A stretch of 64,000 nt of DNA from Giardia intestinalis. Lineage: Eukaryota. The stretch's first letter is position 1. Every line of letters starts with the position of its first letter. The translations under genes and the position numbers were made by a program. This document shows positions 39,814-50,190 of the stretch, piece by piece. Below the pieces are notes generated by a model. It saw only the letters and a list, made by a program, of their open reading frames with translations, was not told where the DNA came from and did not search any database. Location: NCBI GenBank assembly GCA_000002435.2, contig CM018793.1. One strand, written 5' to 3'.

Positions 39814-40812
39814 AAAGTGTGGATGAGATGGCAGTCGGGCCGCGCTGCATCAGAGTGGTTCAATTGGGACGGAGCGGGAGCAGTCCGTCTAATTCTTTTG
39901 AATCAGAATTCTTTGCACGAAATGCATGGCTATCATATGCATTGGGCTGCTCTCATTCTCCAAGACGCCTGGCAAAAGTTTCCCAGAACTGTACCTCTAC
40001 AGCAACAGGTCTTTGCGGCGTTACAATAATAATTTAAACAGCACTCAAGCGAGAAGGCATGTATAAGTGGGCAACACCCAGGACAGGTCTTGGCGTTTAT
40101 GGCGTTTCGGGCGTTTACCTTGTTGCGCATGGCGTATATTCTAACGAACCCCAAGGACCCCATGCCATGTACTGCTCATGTGCCAGTTGGATGCTTTAAA
40201 AACTCTGAAAACTCATGGTCGATAGCGAAACGAAGAAGGGGAGCCGGACAAACCAGGCTCGAAAAGGCAGACTCGCGGCAATTAAGCTTGCAGCCAATTG
40301 ACGAAAAAAATCTTTGCAAAAGTGTGGTAGAAACTAGTTACTAATCATTCTTAAATGAAAACCGGAAAGCGCGTCTAGAAGTAGTGCTGTGCCATTGTCG
40401 ATCAACCGGGAAAGTGCATAATCTGTTTTGGCTCCTAGATGAGGGCCTATTCATGGTTTGCATGTGTCCATCAAACAAACACCAGTTGACATGTTCCATA
40501 AGGGATAGAATTTTTTTATAATATTGCAATCAGTTGTGTTAGACAAACCATCAGTAGGCAAGACAGAGTAGGGTAGGGTTAAAATACATTGTGCAGTCAG
40601 CTATAGAGGTGCAGGGCCCGTTGGTATGTCGATACACTACGCTGATACAGATTCAGCAGACTAGTTTTGCATGAACCATGGATGGGCACATCCTGTCAAC
40701 TGCCAAGCCCGCATGCTACAGTGCCAGTAAGCTCCTAGAGGAGGGCCTGAGAGGTTGCGAAGATGAATGACGGAGTAGGTAAAATCATAGACTTTCAAGA
40801 AATTTTCAAAAA

Positions 40813-42222
40813 ATGGAAGATGTTGTTGAAGACCTCGGATATGATATCGCACTACCCATGGTAGATCACAGCCTCTCGTCTGCTACAGTAGCAGGGCGTG
40901 CAGCCATAAAACTTCACCAGGATATCGAGCGGCTGGCCATGGCAGAGTCAACTATGGAAACAGCGAAAGCATGTACAGAGTCCCAGAGGCTACTTTTTAT
41001 TTTCATAACAACATACGCGGATCGTATGAATGTAAAGTTAGTACTCGCTGCTGATACCCTTCATCACATGCCTCTAAATGAGCAGGTGTTGGCAATCCTA
41101 TCAGATGTGGGGCTCCGAGAAAAAGTTGCTGCAGGACAGTGGGTGAGCGGTTATAAGCTCACTATTTCACTGTCTGTAGGCGATGATGTTTGCGAGGTGT
41201 TCTGCGAAAAAGGTGCGGTAGAACTACGGTCTGAGACAATCGATGTAGATTTGCGTGCAGCCCTGCCGGCGGTCTGTCGTGCTGTGCTGCAAGAGCAGTC
41301 GGGTACTAAAAGGTCGAGGCTGTCTACTAAGCTCTTTTTGAGTATGAAAAACCAGGAGCATGGTGACGTCTACAAGCGGAGTGTTCGCATAGACCCTGCC
41401 TTGTTCAGCTGCTTTAGCCAGCTCACTCCCCTCACAGCTTCGTCTGCATATTATCGTACTGGAGAGGGATCTGGTTCCAAGGGCTTTTTGTTCGTGAGCA
41501 CTCACATCCATAGCAAAGAAAGCATACTATCTACCATATCTACTCACCTGCGTACTGGCTTTCGTCCATGCTCGCTTACTGATAGGCTCAAGCTCCCGAT
41601 CGAATCCAGCAACAAATACAAGAGCTACGCAGATTGCCTTAGAATTTATAGCCTCCTTGAAGACCAAGGGCTTCTGAAATTGTGTACGGATGAGAACGAA
41701 AAGGTGGGCACGACGCTAGATGTTGGGATTCCTTCGGAGACCCTTGCATCCTGGGTAGAAGCCAATGACTCCGATTGCGTAGACTCCAGTGATCAATTAA
41801 GTATGCAAGCGTCCTGTGTACCGATAGTCCTGTCATGCATGCCCACAATCAGTCAATATCTAGATAAGTTTGATCCTTCTGGTATGTGGCGAGACATGCA
41901 ACCGAAGGAGATACGAGAGAAGTTGCTCCAAAAACAGGGCTTGCTTCAAAGTGCGCAGCAGAGATTGAAACAATCCAAAGTACTGGAGAAAGTTGGGAGC
42001 CCAGGTGGGTTTGATTATGCGTTACGAAGGCTCACAGACGGCAGTGACCTGCTTGGCGGGATGCACTACCTTATGAAGCCAGGGGCCGAGCACCGACTTG
42101 ACGAAACATGTGACTTGGAAGCTCTCTCACAGCAGTTAATTCAAACCGCTGGTCCAGAGTTCGTGCGAGGATCTGTTGGTAGCGCACTTCTGGGCCGGTA
42201 TAGACAAGATTCCCTGCTCTAA
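40813..42222 (+). CDS. Hypothetical protein (469 aa)
   Basis: Long ORF, no recognised domain. Confidence 0.75.
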   Translation: MEDVVEDLGYDIALPMVDHSLSSATVAGRAAIKLHQDIERLAMAESTMETAKACTESQRLLFIFITTYADRMNVKLVLAADTLHHMPLNEQVLAILSDVGLREKVAAGQWVSGYKLTISLSVGDDVCEVFCEKGAVELRSETIDVDLRAALPAVCRAVLQEQSGTKRSRLSTKLFLSMKNQEHGDVYKRSVRIDPALFSCFSQLTPLTASSAYYRTGEGSGSKGFLFVSTHIHSKESILSTISTHLRTGFRPCSLTDRLKLPIESSNKYKSYADCLRIYSLLEDQGLLKLCTDENEKVGTTLDVGIPSETLASWVEANDSDCVDSSDQLSMQASCVPIVLSCMPTISQYLDKFDPSGMWRDMQPKEIREKLLQKQGLLQSAQQRLKQSKVLEKVGSPGGFDYALRRLTDGSDLLGGMHYLMKPGAEHRLDETCDLEALSQQLIQTAGPEFVRGSVGSALLGRYRQDSLL

Positions 42223-42332
42223 ATTTCATCCAAATTTCATTTTATAAATAAATTCTGCGACAAGTTAATTTAAAAGAAAAGGACATATTCTTTGGAAAGC
42301 TTTTGTATTTTGGAATTTGACTGAAATTATAA

Positions 42333-45239
42333 ATGTCTAGACCCCTGACCTCTCTTCGTGCACACTCCGGAAGCACCTTTCAGCATTCGGCGGACTTGCG
42401 TAACGAGCTCGAAGAGGCCATTCTCGCATATACACATGGATACGCCGACAATCTTCGCCAGTTTTTCTTGCAGAATGATAAGGCCAAGACGGGGCAGCTC
42501 TCTGACATTCTGTTCCGCCGGGCGCTTCGCTCCATTGGTATCCACGGACCAGTTGAGCTGCTTAATCGTGCAATAGAAGAGGCCACTGACCTTAAGAGTG
42601 GACTAATAGATTATGAGGCGTTTTTGGGGCTCTTTGCGTTTAAGGGCGACATACCCCCCGAGGCTGAACGAGGAACATCAACCATTGTTCATAGCCGATA
42701 CGTGGGTAATTACGCAGAGCTTGACTCTCAGAAAAGCAAGAGACCTTCCTCGCGTTCAGCCACAAATCAGAGACAGCATCATGACGAACCCCTCAACCTT
42801 GCTGATGTTGAAGGTGATCCTCTACCTCAGGAGGAAGTGATTGCCGGCGCACCCTCGAGCAGAAGCACGTTTAATCTGCAGGAGGAGATGCGCAAGGCAG
42901 CGGATGACTTAAAGCGCATGCAATCCGAAACAAATACAGAATTTCAAGTTGGATTGAAGCTCATTGCGACCCAAGTACTTCAAAAGGGCTCTTGTGTTAA
43001 GGTTTTCCGAACGAAATTTGACAGAAACCACAAGGGAAATATAGGGGTCCAAGACTTCCTTCTGGGTGTTCGATACCTAGGGATACCATCTGATCTGATT
43101 AGCAATGATGATCTCGTCGAAATTTTCCAATCGTACTGCACAGAGGACGGCTCCATCTCGGTCATTGAGTTTGAGGCTATGGTGAACGCCGGTGAAGACA
43201 CCAAGGACGTTACCCGGACTATGCACGATCGTCAAGCAAGGTCCACCAGAGACCCGACCCATGATGTGGCTCTTCTGCTGGAGGAAGCCCAGACTGTTAG
43301 TGCAAGTGGGATCTCAGGTGAAAGGAAACCCTTACGTCGCACTCAGGGCACTCCAGGAAGGAATCTAACTGTTTCCAATCTTGCCACAAACCAGGGATCT
43401 GATCCTGCTTGCTCCTCAGCGCCTAGTGTTGCTGCAAGCACAACTAACCGACCATCTAAGTATAGTGATGAGGAAATAGTAGGAACGCTCAAGCGAAAAA
43501 TTGCATTGATATGCTCTAACAAATACTCCTCTTTTGGTGATTGCATGGCTGATGCCCAAGACTACAACAGAAAAATTACACCAGACTCGCTGCGCAGGTT
43601 TGTTAGCTCTCAGGTGCCAAATTTAGATAAGAGATACGTCAATCTACTCGTCTCATACCTGTGCACACAGGAGAATCTCAGACAGAGTGCAAATTCGCTT
43701 GGGATAAGCATAGCGGAAATACAGCAGAGCCAGGTGGGAGCATCTAGCATGCCGGAACCAGCCTACATATCGGCAGTAGTTTTCAATGACCTTTACAAGC
43801 TTCCTACCGCTACAGACGGCGGGAAGAGACGCATAGATGATGCTATCTGGACATGCATCACAACAGAGGCCAATCTGAGTAACATGGCTCTTTCTAAGGC
43901 AGAGCTTATGGCCATATCTGTTAACAACCAGAGGTCGCAGGGGCTATACACTGATGACCCCCCTACGCCCTGTGAGCTCCAGACCCATGCTTCGGTGTTT
44001 GGTAACCTGAACATGGCTGAGGGCCGCCAGGGTGGGTCTCAGGGTGCCGCCATGGCCCAGGAGATCGCGCAGCATCAGCGCCACACTAAGTCTGGAAATT
44101 ACTTTGATACCACCGCGGCCCAAAATGATGACATCACGTCCTACGTCAACTGCAGTAATGTCAATATTGCGAACCCCGACACCCCCTCTACTCGCCGTCT
44201 CAGACAGTCTGGTCGTCAAGCCGAGCTTCTAACAAGCCAGCTCCAGAACCCCGCCTCGTCTACTCAGGCAGAGCGCGCCAGCGAGATAATACGTACTAAA
44301 AGACAGCTCCTTGAGGCAATGAACAATAAGCGGAGCGCACTGGCAGAGGCCTTAATCATGGCAGCAGATCGAGCGACAGATCCAATATCATTCAGAAACT
44401 ATCTCAAGGACTTTACTCAGGAGTCTCTGACTAATAACCAAATACAATGCATTCTTGAGGGCTCTCTGGATTCTAACGGCAAGATCCAAAAGGAGATCAT
44501 ACTCAAGACTATGGGCCTCGATAACGAGTTTATAGCATATGCAGATTCCGGTTTGGAGAGTTCGAAGCTGAAGAACGATCGTGTTTCTGACAGTATGGTG
44601 TGCATCTCGGCCGTTCGCGAGCAAATGAATGCTTCGATAAGCGGAGCGCCACGCGATATGATCTCATCCAAGCGTGCCATGCAGGCCAGACAAAAGCAGG
44701 AGTCATCTATAATGAGGCAGCTGTCGTCTGCAGACCTAGATCTTATCAAACCTCGTACTCCAAACATGAGCACAGTGGCAAAGCATCAGGATAGCTCTGC
44801 ACTCGCCAAGGTTGTATTCGACGTAGAGAAGAATATCACTGAGGATTATGAGGGCTGCCTAGCAGAAGCTACCGAGGCCATTGTTGGGGGACACAGAAGG
44901 CGCCACCTTGGCGGTGACCTCAATAAGAAGGACAACTTGGTTATGAGCAATGGAGGAGTATACTCACTGCGAGACAGACAACTAGAAGAAGCAGAAGCAA
45001 ACACCCGACGAATCAAGAACACCCAAAGGTCTGTCATGGAGCACTCCACCCCCGCCGATGCTATTCCACGACGTGGACGCGGGTGCAATCAGGCTGTATC
45101 GCAGCTAAGCAGCACAATTGGTAACACACTTAAACAAATTGATGAAGAATATCTTGTAGATTATCAATCTGGCCAAATTGATGAAACTGCCCCTGCTGAA
45201 GGAGGAAGTGTCCCGAAACCAGTTGCCTTTGAGGTTTGA
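42333..45239 (+). CDS. Large EF-hand-pair-containing protein (968 aa). It is paralog A of a tandem pair.
   Basis: There is an N-terminal EF-hand-like pair (FLQNDKAKTGQLSD...DLKSGLIDYEAFL) and a second pair near residue 230 (FDRNHKGNIGVQDF). Shared blocks with the next gene are listed under that gene. ATG verified. The upstream region is AT-rich. Confidence 0.85.
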   Translation: MSRPLTSLRAHSGSTFQHSADLRNELEEAILAYTHGYADNLRQFFLQNDKAKTGQLSDILFRRALRSIGIHGPVELLNRAIEEATDLKSGLIDYEAFLGLFAFKGDIPPEAERGTSTIVHSRYVGNYAELDSQKSKRPSSRSATNQRQHHDEPLNLADVEGDPLPQEEVIAGAPSSRSTFNLQEEMRKAADDLKRMQSETNTEFQVGLKLIATQVLQKGSCVKVFRTKFDRNHKGNIGVQDFLLGVRYLGIPSDLISNDDLVEIFQSYCTEDGSISVIEFEAMVNAGEDTKDVTRTMHDRQARSTRDPTHDVALLLEEAQTVSASGISGERKPLRRTQGTPGRNLTVSNLATNQGSDPACSSAPSVAASTTNRPSKYSDEEIVGTLKRKIALICSNKYSSFGDCMADAQDYNRKITPDSLRRFVSSQVPNLDKRYVNLLVSYLCTQENLRQSANSLGISIAEIQQSQVGASSMPEPAYISAVVFNDLYKLPTATDGGKRRIDDAIWTCITTEANLSNMALSKAELMAISVNNQRSQGLYTDDPPTPCELQTHASVFGNLNMAEGRQGGSQGAAMAQEIAQHQRHTKSGNYFDTTAAQNDDITSYVNCSNVNIANPDTPSTRRLRQSGRQAELLTSQLQNPASSTQAERASEIIRTKRQLLEAMNNKRSALAEALIMAADRATDPISFRNYLKDFTQESLTNNQIQCILEGSLDSNGKIQKEIILKTMGLDNEFIAYADSGLESSKLKNDRVSDSMVCISAVREQMNASISGAPRDMISSKRAMQARQKQESSIMRQLSSADLDLIKPRTPNMSTVAKHQDSSALAKVVFDVEKNITEDYEGCLAEATEAIVGGHRRRHLGGDLNKKDNLVMSNGGVYSLRDRQLEEAEANTRRIKNTQRSVMEHSTPADAIPRRGRGCNQAVSQLSSTIGNTLKQIDEEYLVDYQSGQIDETAPAEGGSVPKPVAFEV

Positions 45240-45345
45240 AAGGCCTCGTGTCTATGGTATATACTATTTCCGATGAATAAATCGCTTTGTTTTTGTCATG
45301 CATGAAAATTTGACTTAAAATTTCGCCCTGTGATTTGCGAGGTCT

Positions 45346-48300
45346 ATGAAACAGGCTGCCCACCTAGGACGCTCTGTCGTTCGTCCAGAAGAAAATGGCC
45401 TCGAAAACATGGTCTATAACCATGCAAATGGGCGTGCCGAGACGTTCCGCAAGGAGTTTCAGCTACTAGACTTTGGAAACACAGGATTGCTTTCCGAAGC
45501 AAGGTTTAAAGCTGCACTGCGAAATGCTGGGTTTTCAGCGCCGGGGCACATGATCCAAAAAGCAATAAAGATGACTGCCAACTATAAGGCCAACGCCATC
45601 GACTACGAGAAGTTTCTTAGGATATGTGGTCTTGCAGATAACGAAGCACGGCCTTCTGATGATCTTTCTAGGATAGGGAATAATTCACTCAGCGTCAGCA
45701 AGAGCGGCTCTCCGAGGAAAAAGGCGCGGGGCCTCAGTGCAGATCATGACGTCTTGGAGATGCCAGATCAGTTCCTGACATCAACAGAAAATGCACTACG
45801 TCGCACCATTGCGAAGGAAAACCAGTTGGATGCTATTCGGCCAGCTGGCGTGAGAACTCTGAAGACTCCTCCTTTATCCCGTGCTGGCGATTCTGCTGTC
45901 CCACTGTTGGCATCTGCCTCATTACAGGGAGCGTTGAATAAGCAAGAGCTAGAGGGACCCTGTCGTCGACGCAGTCTAAGCTCCAAGGGTTCTGAAGGTC
46001 GCGTATCTGACAAAACGTACCTGAAGCTGGATGGGGCAGCCGGGACTGCTCAGAAAATATTTGCTGATCACTTGTCAGCGAGAGGGAACATCTCTAAGAC
46101 ATTTAGGACGAGGTTTGACATTAAAAACAGGGGATACATTGATGAAAAGGACTTCATCTTTGGGCTGAGGTACAGTGGGCTTCCATCAGAGCTTATATCC
46201 GATAAGGAGTCACTTGTACTTTTCACAGAGGCGACGAGACATAAGCCGGAACCTAAGATGACACTAGTAGACTTTGAAAGGCTGCTGACTCGAATAGAAA
46301 ATATTGATACTGTTTCTTGCTTCGATTTAAGCCGAGATAGGGGGCCTGGACATGACTCGGAGTCTTGTTTCATGGGCGATGATTACAGGGAGGTTGCTAA
46401 AAGGGTGAGCAAGGGTACTGCTGACATCGAGCGGGATATCGCTCTTATGGAGCAATATCCTGAAGAATTGGAGCAGGAAATAGAAGAGCACAGACGGCAG
46501 ACAGGTAGATCTCACCGCGAAAACCCACAATTACCAGCGCACATGCCTGCAGCGAGACCAGAGTTGGATGCAGAATCTGACCATGTTCAATCAGAGCAGT
46601 CGTTTCGATTTTCTACTACAGATGGATCTAATGTTTCTCAGTATAGCGGGAGTTCTTACAGGACAACAGACACAAATGACCGTGTGCCTTTGATCCCTCC
46701 ATCCGTTCCTGACAGTGTGCTAGTGGACACACTCAAACGTAAGATACAGGTAGCCATAGAAAACAAGTATCCCAGCAAGCAGGCAGCAATGGTGGCAGCT
46801 TCTAGTCCTAGCAGATCTATCTCCGATGCATCTGTCTTCCAATTTTTACACAGGCTGCTTCCCGATGCAACAGATCATCAGATAAGGCTTGTTATGGAGC
46901 ACGTACAAGGCAACGATGCTGCACAACACTCTTCAGAGCACATGGGCATTGATGCAGATTCATTGCCTCGTCAGCAGAGCTGTTCTAAAAGCGACGCATT
47001 CGAGACTTCTACAAAGAACATCCCCATAGACTCGGCTGTAGATATAACTACTATGAGCAAGAAGCGCTCTGTCAGCGCTAGAGCAAACACCTATTCGGAT
47101 CTTTTTGCTCCACCAGATGAGGAATGCTCCAGAAGAAGACGAGAAGATGACGCCATATGGGCAAAGGTCATGGAATCGAAAGCTATCGCTGAGCGTGCTA
47201 CGGAGGATGTGGCCGCTTCAACCCCTGTTGACACATCTGTATCAATGCAGCCGCAGCCGCAAGCGCAACAGCGACAGTCGAGTAGGCGGTATTCGGAGGG
47301 GACCAGACAGGATCACATCTCTGTCATAATGAATCCCAAGGCTGACACAGGCTACAGGGCTCCTTCCTACACAGGAATGAGCACTGCCAACACCCATAAG
47401 AAGTGTGATTCAAGCGGCTTAATGGGTGCCATTACCACCAGTGTCACTCCTCAGAGTCCATCGGAAAGAAAGGCCAACCGCCGTGCCAAGTCAAGCGTGG
47501 ATACTCGCAGTAGGTACAATTCTGAAGCGCTGGAAGCAACTATAAAGCACGTACAAGAGCCGGTATCTGGCACACCTCGCGGATTTCAGAACATAAAGAA
47601 GTCGCTACTTGAAGGCATGCACGGCAAAAAGGTTGCGCTTGCTGAGTGTATTGTCACAGCTGCAGCGAAGTCGAAAGATGCCTATGACTTTCGCACTTTC
47701 ATATCAGACTTCACAAACAAGCAGCTTGACAATAGACAACTGGACACTCTTGTTCGCTGCTCACTCGATCCAGACACCCAGAAGATCTCTGCTGAACGGG
47801 TTCTTCGCAATCTAAATCTCACCACAGAGGGTTTGTACAATCTTCCAACTATATCCCATGCATCTGGTGACCTATCAGATGGGATGGTTCTGCAACCTGC
47901 GTATAGGCAGAGCCTGTCAAAGACTCAGTCAGCGCGTTCGGGATCGGCGGCCTCAGTTCTTCATGGCACAGTGTTGGAGAGTTACATCAACAATGAGTCT
48001 TGCATAAAGACTCCGCAAATGATTGAAGACTTTGCTCCGCGAGGGAAGTATGATCGGTTTGTTAACAGGCAAGACAACACATCAAGCCGCTATGAGAATA
48101 GCACAAATCCACATGATAAGGCGCGTACCACCGTGCAAGAGCAAATGACGAAATCTAATGTATTGGCCTGCTATGAAACTGTTTCTTCCAAAGACATTAT
48201 CGAGGATAGAACCTCTGCCGTTGCCATGCCAACCTTCAACTCCCACAGGGTGCAGGATGCTATGACTACCCTGGATCAGTCTGCACATAGAAACGCGCTA

Positions 48301-48717
48301 GCGTGTGCTGACCAGGAGTTTTATAGTAGGACCGGCTCCCGACCTCGAGCTGATTCAACTAGAAGAGAAAGTGACGCGTCTGCATCACATAGCATAATGG
48401 ACGGTTTCAGCCGTAAATCTATGGATGATCCCGACGCCAGAGTAGTGCGGCGTCACTCAGACATCCGTCAGCGGCATACAGACATCTTTGGGGCGCCAGA
48501 GGCCAGCAACTTTCATACCATGGGCTCCAGCAAGAGACATTATCACACGGAACGGACGAATGACAGGAGTGTGGTTGGCTTAGAGATATCCCAGGTTGAA
48601 GATGGAGGCCTGACAACAAGTGTTGAGGCTACCTCATACCGCAGGCCCCACAGCGCTGCTCCATCCAGCAGAGACATTACTGCATTTGAGGGGCTCACTG
48701 AAAAGGGATCTGAGTAG
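45346..48717 (+). CDS. Large EF-hand-pair-containing protein (1123 aa). It is paralog B of the tandem pair.
   Basis: It is colinear with the upstream gene. Compare FQLLDFGNTGLLSE/NAIDYEKFL, KTFRTRFDIKNRGYIDEKDFIFGLRYSGLPSELIS, TLKRKIQVAIENKY, LEGMHGKKVALAECIVTAAAKSKDAYDFRTFISDFTNKQLDNRQLD with the A copy KVFRTKFDRNHKGNIGVQDFLLGVRYLGIPSDLIS, TLKRKIALICSNKY, LEAMNNKRSALAEALIMAADRATDPISFRNYLKDFTQESLTNNQIQ. ATG verified. Confidence 0.85.
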   Translation: MKQAAHLGRSVVRPEENGLENMVYNHANGRAETFRKEFQLLDFGNTGLLSEARFKAALRNAGFSAPGHMIQKAIKMTANYKANAIDYEKFLRICGLADNEARPSDDLSRIGNNSLSVSKSGSPRKKARGLSADHDVLEMPDQFLTSTENALRRTIAKENQLDAIRPAGVRTLKTPPLSRAGDSAVPLLASASLQGALNKQELEGPCRRRSLSSKGSEGRVSDKTYLKLDGAAGTAQKIFADHLSARGNISKTFRTRFDIKNRGYIDEKDFIFGLRYSGLPSELISDKESLVLFTEATRHKPEPKMTLVDFERLLTRIENIDTVSCFDLSRDRGPGHDSESCFMGDDYREVAKRVSKGTADIERDIALMEQYPEELEQEIEEHRRQTGRSHRENPQLPAHMPAARPELDAESDHVQSEQSFRFSTTDGSNVSQYSGSSYRTTDTNDRVPLIPPSVPDSVLVDTLKRKIQVAIENKYPSKQAAMVAASSPSRSISDASVFQFLHRLLPDATDHQIRLVMEHVQGNDAAQHSSEHMGIDADSLPRQQSCSKSDAFETSTKNIPIDSAVDITTMSKKRSVSARANTYSDLFAPPDEECSRRRREDDAIWAKVMESKAIAERATEDVAASTPVDTSVSMQPQPQAQQRQSSRRYSEGTRQDHISVIMNPKADTGYRAPSYTGMSTANTHKKCDSSGLMGAITTSVTPQSPSERKANRRAKSSVDTRSRYNSEALEATIKHVQEPVSGTPRGFQNIKKSLLEGMHGKKVALAECIVTAAAKSKDAYDFRTFISDFTNKQLDNRQLDTLVRCSLDPDTQKISAERVLRNLNLTTEGLYNLPTISHASGDLSDGMVLQPAYRQSLSKTQSARSGSAASVLHGTVLESYINNESCIKTPQMIEDFAPRGKYDRFVNRQDNTSSRYENSTNPHDKARTTVQEQMTKSNVLACYETVSSKDIIEDRTSAVAMPTFNSHRVQDAMTTLDQSAHRNALACADQEFYSRTGSRPRADSTRRESDASASHSIMDGFSRKSMDDPDARVVRRHSDIRQRHTDIFGAPEASNFHTMGSSKRHYHTERTNDRSVVGLEISQVEDGGLTTSVEATSYRRPHSAAPSSRDITAFEGLTEKGSE

Positions 48718-48779
48718 TGCAGTATCGACCGGAGAGTAAACCTGTGGTAATATTCCCAGGCAAGAAGCTTCTTTCAAAA

Positions 48780-50168
48780 ATGGGCCGTGCTTCAGAGTCC
48801 CCACGGACAATGGACATTCTTTCGGTAGCCGAGATACAACAGATTTATGGCTTCTGCTTTGACGCTACCAATGCAACAGGCAATGTTCCCTCGCTCTTAC
48901 TGGAGGCGTTAGGTGAATTATTTACTCGTCTTGGCATTGAGCCTCATATGACCGGAAGCCCTCCCTCGCGACGTGTGCAAAGAATATTAAGATGGTACCA
49001 CATAGTGAGAGTCTTCTTTCTAATTATAATCTCGACGAGCCTTTTCTTGCTTCAGTTGAAGGTTACAACTGCATCAAAATCTATAGAATCATATGACGTC
49101 AGTAAGCAGTCCTTGGGTTCCTCTGCTGTGCTGCGCATAATCTACTGGATCCTAGCTCCTGTATACTTTATGGTGGACCGTTTAGGGTGTCTAGCTCACA
49201 CACAACTCCTGTCAGCACAAGCAGGCAAGGCAGTTAGTGACCCAAAATTTGCCACCACATCACCAGTTTTGTTAATCTACTGGCAACTGGTGGGAGATAC
49301 TCTACTCTCTGCTGTACAGATATTTGTGTCGGTGACTCCAGCTATTCTCTATCAATTCCAATTTGGCGTCTCCTTCCTCTTTCTGTTTCTGACTGGCATC
49401 ACAACAATGATGTATACAATTACTGCATTAAGGGAATCTACGCCCCTACAGCCTGCCTTTAGCTTCTGGATCCGTAGCATAATACTTCAACGGATGTTAA
49501 CAATACTGTTATGCCTTGTTCACCGCCTTAATAGAATCATTATTGTTCAGCTTTTCATTCCAAAGACCTTTTTGTTTGTTGTCCTGGCTATCGCAATCTA
49601 TCTTCTACCATCTGCGGCTGTTTGCTTGGCCAGACAGATCATCGTGGAAAGAACTAATTTGCGATCACATAGAGCAGACCTCACATGGACAGAAAGTCTG
49701 ACAGTGCTCAAGCAATGCACTCTATCACGTCAGGAGCTCCGGCAAATACTCCACAGGTTCATAAATGGAACATACAGTGCTGCAATTGCAATGTTATCCA
49801 TTGCGGTACCACTCTATCTGGTCACCTATAGAGGCAACGAAGCTACCCGAGGAGCCCAGAACCCTGCTCAACTGATTGTCTTAGGAGCATATCTGTATGG
49901 ATTGATAATATGCTCTTTACAGTTTCGCGCCCTTCTGTGCTTTCTGCGGGGATCCCTGGAATGGGACAAACGCATTGAGCCGTATCTAATCTTCTATCCT
50001 CTTGGAATGCCACTTCTTTACCGGGCGCATATAGCGAAACCACACGGATGTTACTTTGGCCTCATAGTTCTTCTTGCATCTGTTCACTGCTCACTTGTGA
50101 GGACGTTATATAAAGAGTTACGTAGGCTATTTAAGTCAGGATTACGTTCATTATGTTCACCCCTTTAG
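48780..50168 (+). CDS. Multi-pass membrane protein (hypothetical)
   Basis: There are at least 9 hydrophobic helices along the protein. The ORF-track start at 48717 is a GTG that overlaps the stop of the previous gene. The first ATG is 48780 (AAAAATGG). Confidence 0.7.
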   Translation: MGRASESPRTMDILSVAEIQQIYGFCFDATNATGNVPSLLLEALGELFTRLGIEPHMTGSPPSRRVQRILRWYHIVRVFFLIIISTSLFLLQLKVTTASKSIESYDVSKQSLGSSAVLRIIYWILAPVYFMVDRLGCLAHTQLLSAQAGKAVSDPKFATTSPVLLIYWQLVGDTLLSAVQIFVSVTPAILYQFQFGVSFLFLFLTGITTMMYTITALRESTPLQPAFSFWIRSIILQRMLTILLCLVHRLNRIIIVQLFIPKTFLFVVLAIAIYLLPSAAVCLARQIIVERTNLRSHRADLTWTESLTVLKQCTLSRQELRQILHRFINGTYSAAIAMLSIAVPLYLVTYRGNEATRGAQNPAQLIVLGAYLYGLIICSLQFRALLCFLRGSLEWDKRIEPYLIFYPLGMPLLYRAHIAKPHGCYFGLIVLLASVHCSLVRTLYKELRRLFKSGLRSLCSPL

Positions 50169-50190
50169 TAAAAAATTAAAAAAACAGAAG

